Of a stretch of 64,000 nucleotides of DNA, positions 38,217 through 46,699 are shown piece after piece. The position numbers and the translations under genes were made by a program. The notes below the pieces were generated by a model. The model searched no databases. It was given only the letters and a program-made list of their open reading frames with translations, and was not told where the DNA came from. The stretch comes from Opitutaceae bacterium (lineage in GTDB: Bacteria > Verrucomicrobiota > Verrucomicrobiia > Opitutales > Opitutaceae): the NCBI GenBank assembly GCA_028281165.1, contig JANQKI010000013.1:14825-78824 (forward strand), written 5' to 3'. Within the stretch, counting starts at the first letter, position 1. Each line of letters starts with the position of its first letter.

Positions 38217-38573
38217 ATGCCACGTATTACAACCATCTTCTCATTTCTTATCGTAAGTTCCTTAGCCGTCCTCCCCCGCGTCTTCACCTACTCCTCCTCG
38301 AAAGCCGCCGTCCACAACCTCGCTCGCGAGTGGGGCAGACAGGGCATCCGAGTCAACACCCTCGTCCCCGGTTTCTTCCCAGCGGAACAAAACCGTAAAG
38401 TCCTCACAGAAGACCGTATCCAAAAGATACTCGCGCATACCCCTATGAACAGATTCGGCGAATCAAAAGAACTCGCCGACGCCGCTCTCCTCCTCGCAAG
38501 CCAACAAGCCGGAGCCTTCATTACCGGAGCCAAGCTCATCATAGACGGAGACTTCAACGCAACCAGCATCTAA
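38217..38573 (+). pseudogene. Short-chain dehydrogenase/reductase, C-terminal half only
   Basis: Reads ..[41 protein letters not shown]...[13 protein letters not shown]. The YxxxK catalytic motif is present, but the whole Rossmann N-terminal half (~130 aa) is missing. Confidence 0.7.
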
Positions 38574-38729
38574 CCGACTTCCTGTGACTACCTCCATCAA
38601 TCGCTTCCTGATCGAAAACGGATTCGACCTGAAAACAAATCCCTGCGTCAGCCCGACTTTTGCCTGGACTGGAAACGCTGCCAGAAAAACCTCCGAAATG
38701 GAGATTTCGAAATCCATCCCCACAGCACC

Positions 38730-40454
38730 GTGTCCGTAGGCGGTTTCAAACTCATGCTCGTCGAAGACGAGACAGGAGACCACGCCTGGAAAGCGATGGG
38801 GCAGCCTGACCAAATCCCCCTCCTACAAGCTCAGGAAATCGAATCCGCCATTTACTACCCAGCAAGCTACGAAAATCTGATCATCCTGAAAAATTGGATA
38901 CTTTCTAAAGATCCTCAGTCCACCGTTTTTCCCGGCGTCAGCTCTCAGCTCGCCACCAAGACCATCGGCGTCGGCGCCCGCTTCACTACTCTCCATTGGC
39001 CTGCTGTCGAATGGGCTATGGCCCAACTCGGCATTGGCCTCACCGCAAACCAAAACAGCATCCCGCGCGAACTCGTCTACGACGTCGACGCCATGCTCGA
39101 AGGCCGCCTCGGACTCGTTCCCTTCCCCTTTATCGGCTGCGATGTTCCCGAGGGCCACCAAGGACAAAGCGTCCAAGGCATGAGCCACGGAGCCATCCTC
39201 TCTAAACTCAAGACCGGCTTCCATTTCTGCCGCATCCCCTGGAGCTTCAACGCCGACCATCAACCCATCGGCGGCGCTTACGACTCCCGCGAAGACCAGC
39301 TCGTCGGGGGCTGCCTCTTCGCCAGTTACATCACCTTCGACCTTTCACCAGAGCTCGCTCAAACCGAAATCCCCGCCAACGACCATGACCAAGCCGCCCT
39401 TGTCGAGAAATCCATTCCCTCTCATCTCGTCAAGACTGTCCGCGAGAGAGTCGGCAGAGCCGGCGTCCGCTTGGATCTCCAACGTTTCAATACACTCCTT
39501 TGCCAGGTCTGGCCCGCCATGCAAAAAATGAAGCGACGCGATGAGAAATACGCCGCCATTCGCCAGCGCCACTTCTCCAACCCCCGGGCCCGTGTCTACG
39601 TTCGAGAGCTATCAATCGACGAACTCCCTGGGATTACTCTACCCGAAACGACCGCAGTCATGCTCGCTTTTTGCGAAGTAATGCAAATGCCAGTCGACTT
39701 CGTCGCGCCCGCCTTCGGCTTCCAAAAAAACGCCCCCTACCCCGACAATGTCACCCTACGCGAACTCGTCCAGGCCCAATGGAACATCTGTTCCCAATTC
39801 GGCCTGTCCATCGGCTTCCACTCAGGCTCGGGGAAATCCGCCGAAAACTACCAAATCCTCGGCCAAGTCACCAGCGGGCGCCTGGAAATCAAAACCTCAG
39901 GCCGCTACACTTACGAAATGGGCGTCGCCCTCTCCCAGTCCACCGACCCCAACGACCAAGCCCTCTGGAAAGACTGGTACGACTTCACGCGCCGAATGGC
40001 CCACCAAGGCGCCTTCTCCCAAGACCCCGAAGAATCCTCTGCCGCTCGAGAGTTCATCGAAGCCAGCTTCCCCATCGACCAAAAACCGTCCCAGCTCTTC
40101 CAGTCGCCAGAAACCTGTGCCCAATATCTCGATGCGCTCGATCCCTCACCCGACCACATGCTCTTCTTCGAGTACAATTTTCTCTACGTACTCGCCGGGG
40201 GCGAGTCTTCCGACAAAAGCGCCCTTGGCGATCACAGCCCGGCCGGCTACCGCCAGCGTTCCCGCTTCTATTCCATCAGCGACCAAGCGAAACTTCTCTA
40301 CGCTAAAAGAGTCGCCCGCTACTTGATCTTTCTCGCCGACAACGCCCAACTTGTCCCGCCAAGCGCAGCTCAATCCGCCCGCGAAACCCTGGAAAACACA
40401 AAAAGCTACTCGGACTTCCTCGAAGGCATCGCTCCAAAAAGAACCCTTTCGTAA
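38730..40454 (+). CDS. Large enzyme-like protein, tentatively of the tagaturonate/fructuronate epimerase (UxaE) family; 5' end possibly frameshifted
   Basis: A 574-aa ORF with a GTG start. Its stop overlaps the ATG of the uxaC remnant (TAATG), so it once formed an operon with a hexuronate gene. Function is inferred mainly from context. See the finding on the upstream frame. Confidence 0.6.
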   Translation: MSVGGFKLMLVEDETGDHAWKAMGQPDQIPLLQAQEIESAIYYPASYENLIILKNWILSKDPQSTVFPGVSSQLATKTIGVGARFTTLHWPAVEWAMAQLGIGLTANQNSIPRELVYDVDAMLEGRLGLVPFPFIGCDVPEGHQGQSVQGMSHGAILSKLKTGFHFCRIPWSFNADHQPIGGAYDSREDQLVGGCLFASYITFDLSPELAQTEIPANDHDQAALVEKSIPSHLVKTVRERVGRAGVRLDLQRFNTLLCQVWPAMQKMKRRDEKYAAIRQRHFSNPRARVYVRELSIDELPGITLPETTAVMLAFCEVMQMPVDFVAPAFGFQKNAPYPDNVTLRELVQAQWNICSQFGLSIGFHSGSGKSAENYQILGQVTSGRLEIKTSGRYTYEMGVALSQSTDPNDQALWKDWYDFTRRMAHQGAFSQDPEESSAAREFIEASFPIDQKPSQLFQSPETCAQYLDALDPSPDHMLFFEYNFLYVLAGGESSDKSALGDHSPAGYRQRSRFYSISDQAKLLYAKRVARYLIFLADNAQLVPPSAAQSARETLENTKSYSDFLEGIAPKRTLS

Positions 40455-40625
40455 TGAAACATTACATACACGAAGATTTTCTCCTTAAAACCGACCGCTC
40501 CAGCGAGCTCTACCATCGGCACGCAGCTCCACAACCCGTCATCGACTATCACTGCCAACCTCCCTCCGCAGCAGATAGCCGAGGATTATGCGTTTGCCGA
40601 CATCGCCGAAATGTGGTTCGGCGGC
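40454..40625 (+). pseudogene. uxaC: Glucuronate isomerase (UxaC), first ~55 codons only
   Basis: MKHYIHEDFLLKTDRSSELYHRHAAPQPVIDYHC, then, after removing one extra A at 40557/40558, HLPPQQIAEDYAFADIAEMWFGG. This matches the UxaC N-terminus. Homology ends at about 40625. Confidence 0.8.
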
Positions 40626-40938
40626 GCTTGTCTTGGTGATTTCCAAAGCCCCCTCTACCCTTGCTCAAGCATCTTGGTTTCGTCTCCCAGCTGACCAGAG
40701 GGGAAGATGTCGACTCTTATACGCCCTCCTGAATAGGTCTCTATCAATTCTCCAAACCGAGCAATCCCCTCATGCACCGGATGATTCTCTGGCAAGGCAT
40801 GCCCTACTTTCAATACAAGCGTATTCTCAGAGCGAATACCGATATCATCGTTGCTTCTCGAAAAAAAGCGACGGCAAGTCCGATGATGACACAGCCGGAA
40901 AGCAGTCCGAAAATATAAGCCGATAGGGGTTTGCTCAT
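40620..40938 (-). pseudogene. dctP: TRAP transporter solute-binding protein (DctP), first ~105 codons only
   Basis: The signal/anchor is MSKPLSAYIFGLLSGCVIIGLAVAFF. After a frame change at the A7/T7 run (40861-40867) it reads SNDDIGIRSENTLVLKVGHALPENHPVHEGIARFGELIETYSGGRIRVDIFPSGQLGDETKMLEQ. After a TAG and frame change near 40655-40657 it reads GALEITKTSAAE. Confidence 0.75.
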
Positions 40939-40972
40939 ATCTAGAGTATTTAGCGCAAAGCGAATTTTCAGA

Positions 40973-41836
40973 CTATCTTAAATCGCCTACTGGAACGCCG
41001 TCCATGTCATCGAATCGCTGATTCTCTCCACCCATGCCCCAGATAAACGAATACGCAGCCGTCCCCGATCCGCTATGGATTGACCAGCTAGGCGAGAGTG
41101 CCGCCTGTCTGTCCTTGACCCATAATACGCGCGTCTCATCCGGCTGTCCCATGAAGTGAGCAACTTGATCTTCGTCGCCAAGATTGTAATACAGATAGAC
41201 CTCTGACCGGCGGAAATGGGTGTGACAGGGCATGGTATTCCAAACGCTCCCGACCTCTAGTTCCGTTACGCCCATAACGAGTTGGCAACTTCGAATCCCC
41301 TCCTCGTGGATATATTGATAAATGGTTCGCTTGTTACAAGTCTCGCCAGATCCCAAATCGATTCGACGCGCTGCTGAGCGATCCGCGAAGCTCGTAGGAT
41401 ATCGGGCATGGGCAGGGTAGCTAAGCAAATAAAAAGCGGCAGGATTCGTTGTATCCAAAGATTCAAATACAATAGTCTTGGTCTCCCGACCCACATAGAG
41501 ACACTCCCCCTTCTCAATCTCGTAAGTTTCGCCATCGGCGATAATTCGCCCCGCGCCTCCTATATTAATAATGCCCCCTTCGCGTCGCTCAAAGAAATAG
41601 CGGCAGCGCAATTCTTTTTCGGCTCCCAGTTTCAATGGCTCACCTGCTGGAGAAATCCCCCCGACGATCGCTCGATCCAAATCAGTCGCAACCAAGGAAA
41701 CCGCTCCCGGAACGAAAATCGAGTCTAGCAAAAATGCGTCTCTCAACGCCTTCGTTCCAAAGGTCCGGTATTCGCCTACGCTTGGAGAAAACCGGTAGAT
41801 CAGCTCCGGGTATTCATATTTGAACATTGCGTCCAA
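40973..41836 (-). CDS. kduI: 5-dehydro-4-deoxy-D-glucuronate isomerase
   Basis: 287 aa, closely matching E. coli KduI as I recall it: NTMPCHTHFRRSEVYLYYNL, SPSWSIHSGSGTAAYSFIWGMGGENQRFDDMD. Confidence 0.9.
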   Translation of the reverse strand: MDAMFKYEYPELIYRFSPSVGEYRTFGTKALRDAFLLDSIFVPGAVSLVATDLDRAIVGGISPAGEPLKLGAEKELRCRYFFERREGGIINIGGAGRIIADGETYEIEKGECLYVGRETKTIVFESLDTTNPAAFYLLSYPAHARYPTSFADRSAARRIDLGSGETCNKRTIYQYIHEEGIRSCQLVMGVTELEVGSVWNTMPCHTHFRRSEVYLYYNLGDEDQVAHFMGQPDETRVLWVKDRQAALSPSWSIHSGSGTAAYSFIWGMGGENQRFDDMDGVPVGDLR

Positions 41837-41911
41837 TTCTTATTGCTGTCTCAAGCAAGTCAATCCTTGATCACTCTCAAAGCCAATGCCTCCAAGGCGC
41901 CCTTGTCGACT

Positions 41912-42673
41912 TCAGACCCCCGTTCCACCAAGTACCGATGACAGCTCCCTAGCCGCGTTTTTGACCGCTTTCGCCACGTCAGGCACTCGTTTCCTCGTAA
42001 AGCGCGCGCACGAAGCAGTAATTCCCATCGCCGCGCACACCTCGCCCGCGCTATCGAAAACAGGGGCGGCCAAGCAGCGAACGCCTTCATGATATTCCTC
42101 GTTGTCCATAGCGTACCCGTTTTTCAGAGCTTTCTCGAGCTGCTTCTCCAATCCGTCTAGCCTAGTCACAGTCTTTGAAGTCAATCGGACTCGATCAGGC
42201 TTCTTCCAAACAGTCGCAAGCGTATCCATAAAGCGGTAGGCCAACAAAATCTTCCCCGTCGCCGAGGCATGCACGTAAGCCCGCGTACCCGGCTTAGAAG
42301 CCGCGCTGAGTGGGTGCGGGCAATCGGCTACTTCCGCAATGAGAGCTCGGCCATCGTCCCAAAGAGCCAAGTGGCTCGTCTCGTTTGTCTTTTCAGTCAA
42401 TTTCTCCAGCAAAGGGCGAGCCGCAGTCCGCACATCGAGAGACCCCGAGGCCTTCATACCCAAAGCCGCCAGACCTCCGCCTAGCGAGTAGCATCCGTTC
42501 TCCTCTCTCAGGAAGTTCTCTCCAACCAGCGTCTTGACAATACGCAATACGGTCGTCCGCGGCACTTCTAGTTCATGGGCCAGTTCCGAAACGCTGAGTC
42601 CCTTGCTAACAGTTGCGAGATACGTTAACAATCGACAGGCGTTTTTCAAATTGGGAATCACGTAATCAGGCAT
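41912..42673 (-). CDS. IclR-family transcriptional regulator (KdgR-like by context)
   Basis: It has an N-terminal wHTH (LSVSELAHELEVPRTTVLRIVKTLV) and a C-terminal IclR effector domain. The ORF is open up to 42727; I prefer the Met at 42673. Confidence 0.85.
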   Translation of the reverse strand: MPDYVIPNLKNACRLLTYLATVSKGLSVSELAHELEVPRTTVLRIVKTLVGENFLREENGCYSLGGGLAALGMKASGSLDVRTAARPLLEKLTEKTNETSHLALWDDGRALIAEVADCPHPLSAASKPGTRAYVHASATGKILLAYRFMDTLATVWKKPDRVRLTSKTVTRLDGLEKQLEKALKNGYAMDNEEYHEGVRCLAAPVFDSAGEVCAAMGITASCARFTRKRVPDVAKAVKNAARELSSVLGGTGV

Positions 42674-42674
42674 A

Positions 42675-42690
42675 TGTTCACATTTGAACA
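42675..42690. promoter_or_regulatory. Palindromic operator candidate TGTTCA-N4-TGAACA
   Basis: A perfect 6-bp-arm palindrome immediately adjacent to the IclR gene start, inside the divergent intergenic region. Extra TGAACA half-sites occur at 42704-42709 and 42772-42777. Confidence 0.45.
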
Positions 42691-42836
42691 AATGTCTGGA
42701 TTTTGAACAGTAAAATTTTGCTTTCATCCAAGACCTTAAAACGATTTCTCAAACATGCCACTATTCATATTTGAACATTTATTTCGATTTTGAATTTATC
42801 CTTGCGATACCATATTCCAACTGCTTCAAGTAACGC

Positions 42837-43718
42837 ATGTTTTCTTCGCCCTGCAGGCAGGGATTGATGGCATTCGTTAGCCTTTGCATCATTCCTGGAC
42901 TTTGTGCCGAGAAAAGCGAACCTGTCGCCTACGCTCGCTTCGTACCCGAACGAAAAGACGACTTCGCTTTTGAGAACGACAAGGTAGCGTTTCGCATTTA
43001 CGGTCCGGCTCTCAAAGACTCAGCTGAAAATAGCGGCATCGATTGCTGGCTAAAGCGCGTCGACTACCCGATCATCGACAAATGGTACTCTGAAAATGCC
43101 ATGGGAAAGTCCTACCACAAGGATCACGGCGAGGGCTACGATCCCTACAAGGTCGGCAGTTCCCTTGGATGCGGGGGTCTCGCTCTTTGGATCGACGGAA
43201 AGCTTGTTCAATCTAACGTCTTTCAGGGTTACCGCATCAAAGAAAATGGACCCTCTCGCGTTGTATTCGAAATCGACTACGCCTGGGAGGATATTGAAGG
43301 AGATTTCACCGAAACCCGGCGTTTCACGCTTGCTCTCGGCTCGCAGCTTTTCAAAGCCGAAAGCAAGATCTTCTCTCATGGAGAACCGACTCCTGCAAAA
43401 GTCGCGATCGGCATCGCTACTGACGGTGGGCAAGCTATGGTATCATCAAAATCAACACAAAACTCCGTATGGATATCGGCCTGGCAATCCATCCATGACG
43501 CCCATCTTGGAACGGGAGCCATCTTAGACAAAGAGAGCTACGCCTCTACGCAAATCATTGATTCGGATAAAAGCGATCGCAGCCATATCGCTCTAATCGC
43601 AGATACAGATAGCGAGGGACGCATTGTCTATCACGCCGGCTTCGCCTGGTCGAAAGCTGGCGAAATCGTGAACCTCGAAAATTGGATCCAATATTTGAAT
43701 ACCTATTCGGAGAAATGA
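42837..43718 (+). CDS. DUF4861-family secreted protein
   Basis: 293 aa with a signal peptide. FVPERKDDFAFENDKVAFRIYGPAL...GIDCWLKRVDYPIIDKWY...SYHKDHGEGYDPYKVGSSLGCGGLALW matches my recollection of DUF4861, a family commonly found beside kduI/kduD. Confidence 0.75.
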   Translation: MFSSPCRQGLMAFVSLCIIPGLCAEKSEPVAYARFVPERKDDFAFENDKVAFRIYGPALKDSAENSGIDCWLKRVDYPIIDKWYSENAMGKSYHKDHGEGYDPYKVGSSLGCGGLALWIDGKLVQSNVFQGYRIKENGPSRVVFEIDYAWEDIEGDFTETRRFTLALGSQLFKAESKIFSHGEPTPAKVAIGIATDGGQAMVSSKSTQNSVWISAWQSIHDAHLGTGAILDKESYASTQIIDSDKSDRSHIALIADTDSEGRIVYHAGFAWSKAGEIVNLENWIQYLNTYSEK

Positions 43719-45817
43719 AAACCCTACTGACTATATATGCTTCTTTTCTAACTCTCGCCGCATCCAGCATCGCAGTAACGACAGATCGCTCAGGCTTTGC
43801 CGAGGGTGATGGCTTTTCGCTCGCGACCAGGCCCAATTCGCTCCGCTTGGAATGGCCTGCCGACCAAGGCAAGGGCTACATCGAATTCGACTTTCGTCCT
43901 CAAAACACGCCCACTGGGCGCACCCCGCTGATCAAGTCTATCGGAATCCGCGGCCAAGAAGCGCTCGCTAACCTGGACCCGCACTACATCCTCTGGGTTG
44001 GACCGCGCGATCTTGAAAAGCGAAGGGGCTGGACCATCTTCTTCGACCGCGTGCAGCGCAAGCGCTACACTGCGGAAAAGGCCTTTCTCGAACCGACCTC
44101 AGTTAAAATCACGCGTAGTGATAATATCGCTACCATCGAAATCGAAGGTCTCGCCAGCGACACCTTCTCGGGCTCTCTCGCCTTTATTGCCTACGCAGGC
44201 AGTCCTTTTCTCCGCATGGAAGGTCGCGTATCTACCGATCGCGAATCTACCGCTTTCCTCTATCACTGTGGGCTTTCGAAACGCGACATCGATGGCGAAA
44301 CCGTTCACTATATCGACTCTCTCGGCAATTCCATTGACAAGGAAATCGGACCCGAATTCGCGGCTCCGCTGCAAACCAAGTTTCGCTCCGTCGCCGTCGC
44401 ATCGGAAAGTGGTTCACTAGGCATCATGCCCGCTCCTCACCATTTTCTCTATCCACTCGATTTTGTAGAGAATTTTGGATACAATTGGGCAGGTCAGAGC
44501 TATGCCGATTTTATCATCGGCTTCTCTTGGGGCATTCGCCAGCCGCCTATCGGCGACAATCGATTCGCTCCCTGGGTCAACGCGCCCTCCGGCAGCATTC
44601 AGAAACTGCCTGTCTTCCTCGTTCTTTCGGATGGCGACGGAGCTGCCAATCTAGAGAAGATCAAATCCTATACGAGGAGCGACCGCTTCAAACCACTGCC
44701 GGGCTACAAGACCTTCACTAGCCATTATCATGTAGAGCATGCCCTCGACTATATGGAAAAACAGAAAGCCCAGGGGGTCTCCGGGATTCCCCAAGGGCTA
44801 GAGAACCCAGAGTTCGTAGATGTATTCAAAAAGATGGGAGTAGAAATCGTTCACCTGGCAGAATTTCATAAACGGGCAACCCCGGGAATGGCGACGCAAC
44901 CGCGTCTAGAGCAACTTAAGCTGCTGCACGAGGAGTGTGCCCGGCTATCAGACGAAGATTTCCTCCTCCTTCCCGGCGAAGAGCCCAACGTTCATCTCGG
45001 TGGACACTGGATCAGCTTTTTTCCAACCCCCGTCTACTGGGTCCTCAATCGCTCGGAGGGAATACCTTTTGTCCAAGATATCGATGGCTTTGGGAAAGTC
45101 TACCACGTCGGCAGTCAAGAAGATGTCCTCAAACTCTTCGAGCTGGAAAATGGTCTGATGTGGACGGCCCACGCCCGCATCAAAAGCTCGACGGGCTATC
45201 CCGATGCCTACAAGGAATCCAGCTTCTTCAAAAACGATCATTTTCTGGGGGCAGCTTGGAAAGCCATGCCAGCCGACTACTCGCAAGACACGCTTGGCTG
45301 GCGGGTGCTCGATCTGCTCGATGACATGAATAATTGGAGGGCGAGAAAGCAGGTCATTGGAGAAGTCGATATCTTTAAAATATATAAAGGCTATGAGCTT
45401 TACGGAGCCATGAACATCAACTACATCAAGCTCGATCGGCTCCCTGACTTCCAAGATGGCTGGCAACCCGTCCTTGACACGATTAGAGCCGGCTCCTTTT
45501 TCACAACCACTGGCGAGGTGCTCCTAACAGACTTTTCCGTGAACGGCAAAGAGAGCGGCGAAGTTCTGAAAAAGAACCTCAAGAAAGCGGAGCTCTCTGC
45601 CAACCTCGAATGGACCTTTCCACTCTCCCACGCAGCGATCGTTTCGGGAGACGGCAAGGAAATCTACAGACAGCGTATCGATCTATCCGATACCAGAGAA
45701 TTCGACGTCCAAACGCTAAGTCAGAAAATCGATCTTAGCGATCGTTCCTGGGTCCGCTTCGAGGTCTGGGATATCGCGGCAAACGGAGCTTTCACCCAAC
45801 CCATCTGGATCGAATAG
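43715..45817 (+). CDS. Secreted protein of unknown function with a His-rich (HxH...H...H) putative metal site in its C-terminal half
   Basis: The ORF is open from 43682. The Met at 43715 gives the signal peptide MKTLLTIYASFLTLAASSIAV and a 4-bp ATGA overlap with the DUF4861 gene. His-containing motifs are FTSHYHVEH, IVHLAEFH, EEPNVHLGGHW and WTAHARI. Confidence 0.75.
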   Translation: MKTLLTIYASFLTLAASSIAVTTDRSGFAEGDGFSLATRPNSLRLEWPADQGKGYIEFDFRPQNTPTGRTPLIKSIGIRGQEALANLDPHYILWVGPRDLEKRRGWTIFFDRVQRKRYTAEKAFLEPTSVKITRSDNIATIEIEGLASDTFSGSLAFIAYAGSPFLRMEGRVSTDRESTAFLYHCGLSKRDIDGETVHYIDSLGNSIDKEIGPEFAAPLQTKFRSVAVASESGSLGIMPAPHHFLYPLDFVENFGYNWAGQSYADFIIGFSWGIRQPPIGDNRFAPWVNAPSGSIQKLPVFLVLSDGDGAANLEKIKSYTRSDRFKPLPGYKTFTSHYHVEHALDYMEKQKAQGVSGIPQGLENPEFVDVFKKMGVEIVHLAEFHKRATPGMATQPRLEQLKLLHEECARLSDEDFLLLPGEEPNVHLGGHWISFFPTPVYWVLNRSEGIPFVQDIDGFGKVYHVGSQEDVLKLFELENGLMWTAHARIKSSTGYPDAYKESSFFKNDHFLGAAWKAMPADYSQDTLGWRVLDLLDDMNNWRARKQVIGEVDIFKIYKGYELYGAMNINYIKLDRLPDFQDGWQPVLDTIRAGSFFTTTGEVLLTDFSVNGKESGEVLKKNLKKAELSANLEWTFPLSHAAIVSGDGKEIYRQRIDLSDTREFDVQTLSQKIDLSDRSWVRFEVWDIAANGAFTQPIWIE

Positions 45818-45853
45818 GTAAAGAAATACAAAGGGGCAATGTTAAGTTTTCAA

Positions 45854-46327
45854 TTAGACAGACTCGACATGTTGACTTTCGACACGCCTTAGCAATTCTT
45901 TAATTTCCGTACCATTAATTTCGATACAAGGTTCTAAGTCCTGTAGAGGTTTTAGCGCAAATGCTCTCTCTTTCATTCTCGGATGGGGGATTTCGATCTC
46001 GTCGCTCTTGATCTCAAGATCATCATAAAGGAGGATATCGATGTCGATGGAGCGTGGGCCCCATTTCTCCATACGCTTTCTTCCCAGTCTGACTTCGATC
46101 GACTGGCAGCGTTTAAGAAGCTCCATGGGTGTGAGGTCGGTCTCAATTTGGATAACGGCATTGACGAACCAGTCTTGATCGACGTTTCCGATGGGTTCGG
46201 TTTTGTAGAGAGGCGATGACCTTAAATTTTGGATACTTGGAGACTTTTTCAGTAAAGCGATGGCTTTCCGGATGTAGTCGATTTTGTCGCCGATATTACT
46301 ACCCAGCCCGAGGTACGCCTTAGCCAT
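45854..46327 (-). CDS. folK: 2-amino-4-hydroxy-6-hydroxymethyldihydropteridine pyrophosphokinase
   Basis: 157 aa. Motifs are YLGLGSNIGD, GPRSIDIDILLY and IPHPRMKERAF. Confidence 0.9.
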   Translation of the reverse strand: MAKAYLGLGSNIGDKIDYIRKAIALLKKSPSIQNLRSSPLYKTEPIGNVDQDWFVNAVIQIETDLTPMELLKRCQSIEVRLGRKRMEKWGPRSIDIDILLYDDLEIKSDEIEIPHPRMKERAFALKPLQDLEPCIEINGTEIKELLRRVESQHVESV

Positions 46328-46688
46328 GTCTACGGTATTCGATTTCGACTCCTACGCTCTCAAACTCTCCGGCTATGGGAGCATCCGGCTTTTCGATGGA
46401 GACACGAACGCTATCGGCTAAACGATGCGTTTCCAGAATGGCTTTTGCTAGCTCGTCTGCATACTTCTCTAGTAGCTCGCATTGCATTTCGTCCATGAGG
46501 TCCTGGGCGAATTTCATGACCATGGAATAATCGATGGTATCCTTTAATTCATCACTAACCGCAACTGGTTTAAGATCCGCTTCGATGGCGATTCCGACAA
46601 CGTAGAGTTGGTCGTGATGCTTTTCTTCTTCTGTGACTCCAATTCTGCCACGAAGCTTAATGCCTTTAAGTACAATGCGATCTTTCAT
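46320..46688 (-). CDS. folB: Dihydroneopterin aldolase
   Basis: 122 aa. The FolB pattern GRIGVTEEEKHHDQ...SDELKDTIDYS is present. It overlaps folK by 8 bp. Confidence 0.8.
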   Translation of the reverse strand: MKDRIVLKGIKLRGRIGVTEEEKHHDQLYVVGIAIEADLKPVAVSDELKDTIDYSMVMKFAQDLMDEMQCELLEKYADELAKAILETHRLADSVRVSIEKPDAPIAGEFESVGVEIEYRRHG

Positions 46689-46699
46689 GCTAGAGGGAA

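Noticed and set aside
39671-40326. Two ~200-aa Pro/Arg/Ser-rich plus-strand ORFs (39671..40306, 39748..40326) and several antisense ORFs inside the 574-aa gene.
   Set aside because: They lie in alternative frames of a longer, protein-like ORF. Their low-complexity composition is what C-rich third-position bias produces. I treat them as shadow ORFs.
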